From Octopus sinensis (Eukaryota), in the NCBI RefSeq assembly GCF_006345805.1, contig NC_042999.1:30628001-30692000 (forward strand): 64,000 nucleotides of DNA, written 5' to 3'. Shown here piece by piece: positions 54,775-64,000 of this stretch. A model generated the notes under the pieces. The model saw nothing but the letters and a program-made list of their open reading frames with translations. It had not been told where the DNA came from and searched no databases. How positions within the stretch are numbered: position 1 is the stretch's first letter; each line of letters opens with the position of its first letter. The position numbers and the translations under genes were made by a program.

Positions 54775-55210
54775 GACGGAAGGTTTTATTTTGGCGGCGG
54801 AAGATCAAGACATGCTGGCCAAAAACTACCAGGATTACATTTTTCAAAATGGTTCGAAGTCTAAATGCAGAATATGCAACACATTTGACGAAATAATAGA
54901 CCATCTCGTTTCGGGATGTATTTTGCTGACACCAAAGCAATACAAAATTTGCCATGTTAGTCAAGATCACTATTCATATTAGTAAATCAGAGCTCTTGTT
55001 TACTGGTATCTTGTGATCTTGTGCCGCCGATATGAAACCATCAGGCTCTGCTTTCGGTTCTGGGCATCTCAGCTACTAATGGTTTGCTTGATCTACATCA
55101 GCATTTCCGCGTTGAAGTATATGTTGCCCATGCAGGGTCTTCTAGCTCCATTGCAACTCAATTTGTTTTTGCTCGTGCTATTTTTTAGTCCCTTTGATCC
55201 GTTTTGCCAC
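54775..55210. mobile_element. Two further Dong-type fragments, forward (54775-54985) and reverse (54985-55210)
   Basis: Forward TEGFILAAEDQ...KCRICNTFDEIIDHLVSGC; reverse LHGQH...DVDQ...DGFISAAQDH, preceded on minus by (TAA)n. Confidence 0.8.
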
Positions 55211-55465
55211 AATTATTATCATTATTATTGTTGTTATTATTATTATGTGGAAAACACATAAACACTACATTTCATCAGAGTGCATATATATATAAATATA
55301 TATATATATGTGGTGTGTGTGGTGTGTGTGTGTGTGTGTGTGTGCAGCATATATATATATACACCTTCCCTTTCACGCAGTTCGAAGTATCTGAGTGATG
55401 TATACATACATCATACATACATACATATATATATATATATATCTATATATATATATATATATATC

Positions 55466-55530
<65 letters not shown>

Positions 55531-56399
55531 TATATAGCTTCCCTTTCACGCAACGAGTCTTCTTCTCAGTCAAACATTACCAACCATATTTCGAAAATTT
55601 CAGATAACATCTATTCTAGATGCAATTTGGTGCATCCTACTCTATACTTTATTGTTTCACTCTATTGTTTATTAGCCATTTTGTGACCAAATTGTTGGCA
55701 CTGTTTAATCTTTTCAAATCTCAGACATAACACAAATGAATCGAGTTTGTAAGATTATTCACATCTAATGGCAATTCAACTTCACGAACTCTTGTACTTA
55801 CTCACCTATTTATATTTTGTGTTTTAGGTACAGGCAAATTAATCACGACTAATTTGTATACACACTTAACTATAATGTGGATTTTCGCTGCCACGACATA
55901 TTTCATTTATATCCAAAACAAAAGCTCACAAAACGTTATAATCACCAGTATTATATTACTAGTGTACAAGACATATGGATTTCTTGCTATATGACGAAGT
56001 AATTGGTCGCGGGATAAAGACAGCAGCTGATGTTAACACAGATTGAGAGAGAAAAATAACACTTTTCATAATTCTACAAATGTTGCACTATATTGACAGG
56101 CATCAACCGATGCTTATTATCATTATTGTTGTTGTTGTTGTTGTTGTAATTTTCATTATAATTTCTTCTTTAAATTATGATTTCATTATAATCTTCATTA
56201 TAAACTCTTCTTTCATTTCTGTTTCCAATTCTTTCCGGTGGTTTTCTTGACACCTAGGGTAGAGAAACGTACTATCTACATTAGTAGACCATTAAAGTAA
56301 TCACACTAGACTGTTTCTTTACATAATCATGTAAAAGAGAAAAAGGAAAAAATAAAAATAAAAACGTAAACAAATAAAATATAGGGGGGTAAAGAAAAT

Positions 56400-57050
56400 T
56401 CACAGTGATAATGCTCTTCTCAATACGTGTGACGTAGCAGTTAAGACAATCTGTTTCCCTTCGTGCATGTTTGGGAAGCCAGGGATCATTCTTAAGTAAC
56501 TTTTAGTTTCCCTTTGATGATTCCAAGTGCTCCTACAATCACTGGCATTGTAACCGTCTTCAGATGCCACATTTTGCGATTTCATTTTGCAAATCTTTAT
56601 ATTTTCTGCACTTATCAAATTATTTTGACGAAATATTATGGTCACAGTGTAGGATTATCAATAAACAGACTTTATTGTTTTGGTCTTTCACAACAATATT
56701 TGGTTTGTTTTTCTTTGATTGTCCTGTCTGTACATAGTGTGAAGTCCCGAAGAATAGTTACGTTTTCTCTCAAGTTAAAGCCGTATGGTGGTGCTTGTAC
56801 CATTTGTCAGCGGTTTTGATTTTATAATGTCGCAACATTATCCAATATAGATATTGGCAACTTCTGTCATGGCTTGATTTGTACTCTACAGGTGCTAAAA
56901 TCATACATCCAGAGATTAGGCCGTCCACTATGTCTATCTTACGTTACAGTATCGGCAATTTGGGTCTACACCATTTTGCAGGACGTTGGCTTGATAGTTC
57001 CGGGTCAATAAGCTCTGATCTTGGTCAGCCAAGGTAAAGCCTTCACTCTC
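56400..57050 (-). mobile_element. Dong/R4-type LINE 3' fragment (zinc knuckle + PD-(D/E)XK region)
   Basis: EGFTLADQDQSLLTRNYQ...NCRYC...LISGC...KWYKH...TILRDFT...KPNIVVKD. Confidence 0.85.
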
Positions 57051-57175
57051 CTTTAGACAGGAAAATTTTATTTACTGATATACATACACGTGCATATATT
57101 TCTATATATACAAACAAGTTATATATAACAAAAACAACAGCAATAACAAAAATAATAAAAATAATAATAATAATA

Positions 57176-57254
<79 letters not shown>

Positions 57255-57267
57255 TTATTATTATTAT

Positions 57268-57440
57268 GGGTTTTGGTTTTGTTCGATTTATACAAACTGC
57301 ACCCAAGTCTCAACCAGAGTCGTGAAAGTATATGAGGTTTTCTGCATATGAAGTTGCTGACAGGTCTGGATCCATGCAATGGAAAACCCGGATATCTGTG
57401 GGAGATAATAATGTGGATTGATTAAGTTTACATTTAGATG
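57268..57440 (-). mobile_element. Dong-type 3' UTR ending in (TAA)n
   Basis: Minus ...ctctggttgagacttggg...caaaacccataataataat; (TAA)n termini are typical of Dong. Confidence 0.6.
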
Positions 57441-58212
57441 GAGAAGCGCTTACGTATAATAACTATAGTACACGTAATTATGATATTTTGCAATCAATTT
57501 TGTCAAGGATTTGGGTTATTACTTCTTTGTCCCTCCAGATATTACAAGATCAGTGCTTGTATATGTAACAATCCGATTATTTGTGGACACGAAAAATATT
57601 GAGGTGAACAGCGCTATTCGGAGGAACTACGAAGCAGTGGCAGGAACAAAAATTTAGTTAATGAGCCTGCATCACAGTACCTGCAGTGGCAGGGCCATGC
57701 CACCCAAAAGCGTCGTGAGGCACTAGACGGACTGGCCGAGAAAATTGCTCGGGGTTTGGTTTGGTCCACATCGAAACGTTGACAAGAATTATAAAGTGGT
57801 GATATACAGGGTTGATAGTCTCAATCAGATTGGGTGGCGAAAAAATATATTACAAATGCCCTCATTTAGCAAAAAGCTATTAATTCTATGTCCAGTTTTA
57901 TAACATTGCAAGCTGCACGAAGACTACATACATTTTTGTGATACGTTCTAAGAAATTTGTACACAAATTCTAAAAGGCTGTGATTAGATAACATCAGATA
58001 TTTTTCTGATATTCTATTTATTCTTCCAAACAACTACACTTAAGTACATATCTTTTGCAGCATTTTACGTTTGTTAAATTTTACTGAAATAGTAACAAAT
58101 ATTTATATTTTTCAGAACGATTAGCTTTTTCAATATATGCATGTGTATGTGTGTGTATGCGTGTGTAATTATGTGTATATGTATTTTTGTATGGTGTATG
58201 TATTTCTATATA

Positions 58213-58257
<45 letters not shown>

Positions 58258-58258
58258 T

Positions 58259-58295
<37 letters not shown>

Positions 58296-59339
58296 ATGTG
58301 TGTCTATATATATGTATGTGTGTCTATATATATGTATGTATTTATGCATTCAATGACAAAAGTTTCAAATTGTAAAGTAAATATCACAACCTGTTTACAA
58401 CTTATCCCATATAATACCAGTCGTGAAGAAAATATATTTAAATGTGTACCTTGTTGTTATTGTTTTTGTTGTTATTTGTAGTTATATAACATTACTTTAT
58501 TCTTTATTTTGTTGCAGTTATTATTGTAAAAAAAATGAGTGTAAGATAGCATTAAAATACACAAAAAATACAAAATACATAAATTTCTGGTTGGCACTAT
58601 CATAGAAACATAATAAATGTCTGTCATTGATTTTTCTTGGAATAAACTATCAGATGAACCACGAATTTGGTGATGGCTCAAAGTATGAATTGAATTCTTC
58701 CTAATAAAGACGATATACAAAGCAAATACAAATAGAAATAATATAATTATTGCTTATTTCAAGTTGATGATAAATTGGAATGCATCGATGTTATTGACTA
58801 TTGTTTTATGACCCGACTAGCACTAACGGACTATAGTGTATTGAAGATAATAGAGTGCAATATATTGGTTAGTACCAGGTGACGGCATGCTGTTCATGAT
58901 AATGTAGAATGTACCAGAGTGGTTTGTACTGCTTACCAACAAGTGCTAGTAACATATTGATGATAGAGTAGAAAGTGGGTATTAGCAACAAATAATGACG
59001 TGGTATTCATGATAGACTGGAATGAAATGTTTAGCAACTGCTTATGGTATGGTATAGATCATATATCGTTATATATTCATTAGCAACAAATGAATGTCCA
59101 GTATAGACGATAAAATAGAATGTGTTGATTGGTGACATGCGATGCCAAAGTAATTTCGTTTACTAATGGAAACAGGATGATAATTGTTAACAATTGTTAC
59201 TAAAGCTACGTACACATGAATTTTCGAGATCACTCAGCTTAATTTCTCTATGTGGATACCTGTATCAAATCAAGTGCAGGTCAGGGGGAGAATGAATTGG
59301 GACTAGCAGTGATTTTTAGAAGAAATGAAAAGAAATGGT

Positions 59340-59756
59340 GCTTTTGATGATCAACATCATTATCATTATCACGAGGAAGAGGAGGAAGTGGAGGATAAAG
59401 GGGAAGATCATGTCTATTTATTAGAATGCAAAGATTTTTGTAATATTACGATCAATTTTTTTATCATATAAGAAGAGGATAAAGAAGAAAAAGAAGGAAG
59501 AGAAGAAGAAGAAGAAGAAGAGAAGAAGAAGAAGAAGAAGAAGAAGAAGAAGAGGAGAATTTTGAAACATAACAGGATGACACCTATAAAGAAATGATGT
59601 AAAGCGAATGATGATGATGACGATGATGATGATGAAGATAAAGATGATGATAAAGATAAAGATGATGAAAAAGAGGATGGAAGCTGGAGGTGGTGGTGGT
59701 GGTGGTGGTGGTGGTGGTGGTGGATGGTGGTAGTAGTATTAGTAGTGGTGGTAGTG

Positions 59757-59795
<39 letters not shown>

Positions 59796-59856
59796 AGAGA
59801 AACGGTGGAGATGATGATGATATGACGACGACGACGACGATGATGATGAAGATGAA

Positions 59857-59889
<33 letters not shown>

Positions 59890-59960
59890 AGCGATGATGC
59901 TGACGATGCCGCCGATGTTGATGGGGATGATGATGACTATGATCATGGTGTTCATGATGC
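59340..59960. repeat. Compound trinucleotide tract (GAT, GAA, GGT, AGT, GAC)
   Basis: Direct reading. Confidence 0.95.
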
Positions 59961-60879
59961 TGATGGAAACGGCGACCCCGATTATCTAAACACGTTCGAA
60001 AATAATGTGGGTGCGCCTGTGTGTTACGTTGATATGCGAATTTAATCATGGAAATGAAGCAACTTGTAACAAGCTGCTTCTCGGAACCTGTTTTATCTGA
60101 AGTAGAAAACAGAAAGCAAGACAGTAATGAAAATATAGCCATATGATGATCAACATGTAGATATTTGGAATAAGAAAATTTTCAAAAAATGGAAGCAGTT
60201 GACGTCAAATCGAATGCACAAATGGTAAATCACATACGTACACACACACAGAAACACACACATATACACATTCCATTGCGTACGCACACAGGAAACAAAG
60301 CAAACAGAATTGCATAACCAAATTGCCGAAAGGAAGTTAATGAAGTATGGAGTTATTTAGAGACAGCCATTGTCTCTGGAGATAAAGCAAATACGAATGG
60401 TATTAGTGGACAAATATACAAATGGAAATTATATCGCTGTAAAGGAGAAATACGATGGAAATAAGTTATAACGTGTAAGAAAGCAATGAAAGTTGACGTG
60501 AGCTGAGAGTATTGCAATGATCGGTAGATCGTTCAGCTGTATATTGTAAGAAAGACAATTTATTTCGAAAACTCTAGAGCATTTAAGCTATCAACGAATA
60601 CAGAAACTTTGTTTCTAACTCTAAAGTGAATTATGATATAAAAATATGTATATTATACAATAAACTGCGGCTACTTCCTTGCAATATTAATGCGTTTTTA
60701 TATTCTGTTTTCAGATTCTACTTTGGTTAAGAGTAGCATTTCACCGTTCATTTTTCTGTTCATTCATAACATAAGTACATGTCAACTTCTACTGTCTGGT
60801 TTGTTTGACTACGCCTATTTCCTATATAAAGACACATATCCCTTTCATAGAGAAATATACATGGATACATTTATATTCG

Positions 60880-61268
60880 TTTTCTTTTATTCTTTTACTT
60901 GTTTCAGTCACTTGACTGCTGCTATGCTGGAGCACCACCTTTAATCGAAGAAATCGACTCCAGGATTTATTCTTTGTAAGTTAAGTACATATTCGATCGG
61001 TCACTTTTGGAGAACCGCTAAGTTACTGGGACGTACATACACCAATATCGTTTGACAAGTGATGGTGTGAGGACAAACATAGCCACAGAAACATATACAT
61101 TTGTACGATCGGCATCTTTCAGTTTCCGACTACCACATCTACTAACAAGACTTTGGTCGGCCCGTGACTATAGCAGAAGTCACTTGATCAAGATGCCACG
61201 GAGTAGGACTGAACCCAGAACTATGTGGTTGCGAAGAAAGCTTCTTACAACAAAACCACGTCTGCGCC
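60880..61268 (-). mobile_element. SINE family 2, full length, minimal linker
   Basis: Tail, short acatatacat linker and head ending GCGCC. Confidence 0.88.
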
Positions 61269-61302
61269 TATATACATATAAACACACACACACACACATA
61301 TA

Positions 61303-61690
61303 TTCTGTAAATAATAGTAATTGTATTTTTATATACTTAAAGCTTATAGCGCTCACCGTGCAAATGACTAAAGAAAATTCTCTAATATTGGGGGATAGAA
61401 GCCCTCGACAGAAAAAAAAAGTAGGCTTTCCCGTACGCGTGGGACTCAAACCTACATCCCTTTGTTAATGCGACTAAGAATGTTACGACATTTCCAATTC
61501 TGTAAATAATACTGATGGTATTTTTATATTAGCTTAAAGCTTATCGCGATCACCGTGCAAATGACTAAGGAAAATGGTCTTTTCTGTCGAGGGCTTATAT
61601 ACCCTATTATTAGACTATTTTCTTAGTCAATTGCATGGTGTTCGCTAAAAGCTTTAAGCTCATAAAAAATACCATTATTATTATTTACAA
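61303..61690. repeat. Direct plus inverted triplication of a 75-bp unit
   Basis: A 61303-61378, A' 61498-61575, inverted A 61616-61690; B 61381-61418 and inverted B 61580-61616. Confidence 0.85.
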
Positions 61691-61757
61691 CTCAATACCG
61701 CTTCACAAAACCATTTCGCACTGAACGTATTTATACATACATACATACATACATACA

Positions 61758-61791
<34 letters not shown>

Positions 61792-61796
61792 CATAA

Positions 61797-61853
<57 letters not shown>

Positions 61854-62872
61854 TAGTTGAATGAATTATCCTAGTATGGATAATTCGGTTAACCGATACC
61901 CGGGTAGCAAATTCACGTCAGAAAACACGGTTGAAGCTACATGCCAAGGGCAGAGATTACGTGCTTTCGTGCTTTCTCCACATATGTTTCGAAGACTGCA
62001 TAATCCTAATTTCGAAGGATTAAGGGGTGCATTATGCCGCCTTCTCATCAGGAAAGACAAGGGACTTATGTCAGCATCATGATGAACAAAAACTTTTAAT
62101 TATGTATGTATGTATGTATTCACATATACATATATATTTTTTTCTCTTCTCTTTTATCTCTTATTGGTATAAGCAATTGGATGGGGCCATGCTGGAACAC
62201 CGAATTTCAGTACGCGTGGGTATCCTTCCTGTACTGTTTTTGATGAAAAGGCGAGTTGGACAGAACCACCCAGTTTTTTTGCCCTGATGTGGTTTCATCT
62301 GGCATTCAGATAGATATTTTCCAGATGCTTTTTGAAGGTCTCCATATCTACAACTCGTACGTCTCTGATGCACACTCACACACACACTACAGATGTATAT
62401 ATATATATATATTTACAGATTCTGATCAAATGTATGACCGTGTATCCAAATGAGAGATATTCACTCACACTCAAACATATGTTTTGTACTTTTATATTAG
62501 AATGGAGATATTCATCTGTTCATATATAGAATCGTGTACCAGAATATACGAAATCGTTTACAAGCTATATATAAATATTAAATATGCCAATATTTCTATG
62601 AGACTATATCAACAGTAAATTGTTGGACCTTAAGGAATGGTTAGCGACCAAATTTATATACTACAGAGCATCTAAACATTTCAGTGTTCAACTACGAGTC
62701 AGCCACAGATAGTTCTTGATAAATTCGGGTGACAAGAGTTTTAAAAAAAGGCTCGTCATTCATAGTCGACTGCATCGTAAAACAGGAATTGCTGTAAGCT
62801 AATGAAGTTCTTGAAATAATCGTTTTTCCGTTCACATCTCTTATTAATATTATCGCTCGATACTTAGCTAAC

Positions 62873-63345
62873 ATTTCGGATCTTTTCGGATCTTTTCGGT
62901 TTTTAACATAATTTCTAGGTAAATAAAAAAATTTAAACTTCGTATACTGATAGAATATGTTTATAAAACATCTTTTTCTCTTGGCTTTATTGAGAAAATT
63001 CTATACTTTGTAATATATGTGTTGTTTTTTCTTCAATTTCTGCAATTTCAACCAATCAGTGACGTCTATTGAGTTCAAAAACATTCTGTATGAATATGTC
63101 CCTCGTTTAAGAAATAGATTAGGTTTATTTACATTTGTGAAGAAAAAAGATACCCTTCCCCCACCCCTAACCCTAACCCTAACCCTAGCCCTAACCCTAA
63201 ATAACCCTAACTAACCCTAACTAACCCTAACACTAAAAGAGATTGAAATCCAATAGATCGATTCTAGGGTCATAATCAAGGGTGACAATTTCATATGATA
63301 CCGCTAGAAAAAACTGCCGTTCAAACCGAAGTGATCCAAAATTTC
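62873..63345. mobile_element. Candidate MITE with imperfect 20-bp TIRs and internal (CCCTAA)n
   Basis: Left TTTTCGGATCTTTTCGGTTT vs right AAACCGAAGTGATCCAAAAT (16/20 complementary). Confidence 0.5.
63165..63232. repeat. Interstitial telomere-like (CCCTAA)n / CCCTAACTAA repeats
   Basis: Direct reading. Confidence 0.9.
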
Positions 63346-63419
63346 ATTCTGAGAAGTACCTATATTGAATTCGATAACCGGTTGTTAGTCTTGTAATACC
63401 TAATCGATATATATACAAC

Positions 63420-63578
63420 GAGCTTCTATGTATTTTCGTCCACTAAATTCACTCACAAGACTTCGATCGGGCGGTGGCACGAGTAGAAGAAACTTGCCGA
63501 ATTTGCCACGCAGTGAGATTGAACTCGAAACCTTGTAGCTGGGAAGCACACTTCATGTCATGCAGTCATGTCTGTGCC
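63420..63578 (-). mobile_element. SINE family 2 head half, degenerate
   Basis: cactcacaagacttcgatcggg...gccacgcagtgagattgaactcgaaacc. Confidence 0.75.
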
Positions 63579-64000
63579 TAAAATAATAACTCAGTTTCAA
63601 ACAGAATTCGTCAAATATAACATAGAAACGTATATCATAATATATATGTCAAATTCATTTACTACTAATGTAAACTGAAACATTACGAAAAAATTTTAAT
63701 ATTTCAATGTGTTCAATGCAATAAGTCTGTATTGATTTGCTGTTATTGTTTCTTAGCCGATGGCCATTGACATCAGGCCTATAATGAAAACCTTTCTTAC
63801 TTTGACCATCGCCACGTTTGTTGAAACATATTGGAACAACTTATTATCAAACCTTTATTAATATTCAAGACAAGATTTTTGCTGCTATTTCAAACAGAGG
63901 GATCAGCCACGCTTGCGCTTATTTTTGGTTAATGCTGTTGCTATGTTTTTTAAACCAGCTAATTAAATAAGAATTTGAACCCGAACCGTAAATTCTGTAA

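Noticed and set aside
59414-60142. 242-aa His/Thr/Ser-rich ORF
   Set aside because: Made entirely of trinucleotide tracts that are open in several frames; no splice or domain evidence.

Overview
AT-rich animal genomic DNA, most likely Octopus; this is inferred from the two tRNA-derived SINE families, the extreme (TA)n/(CA)n/(GATA)n density and a GC-rich 18S fragment. I can support no host protein-coding gene, and nearly all ORF-track entries are microsatellite read-throughs. The window is a TE and microsatellite landscape. It holds a 5'-truncated but nearly full Neptune-type Penelope-like element (RT + GIY-YIG, 8331-12001, minus), about 20 SINE copies or fragments, three mariner remnants and one maT-like remnant, L1/Tx1, RTE and Dong/R4 LINE remnants, 18S rRNA pseudogene fragments, and a TIR-bounded element carrying telomere-like repeats. 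The most notable observations are: (1) several different short repeats, most abutting (TA)n tracts, each carry a minimal type-I hammerhead-ribozyme-like fold about 100-170 nt from their end, as the autonomous Penelope element does, though each deviates from the canonical ribozyme; (2) an 18S rRNA pseudogene in which about 39 nt are replaced by an apparently identical 533-bp copy of a LINE patchwork 3,425 bp downstream, with microhomology at both junctions; (3) a near-perfect 159-bp palindrome and other inverted duplications. All alignments and folds were done by eye, and family names come from recalled motifs, not database searches.
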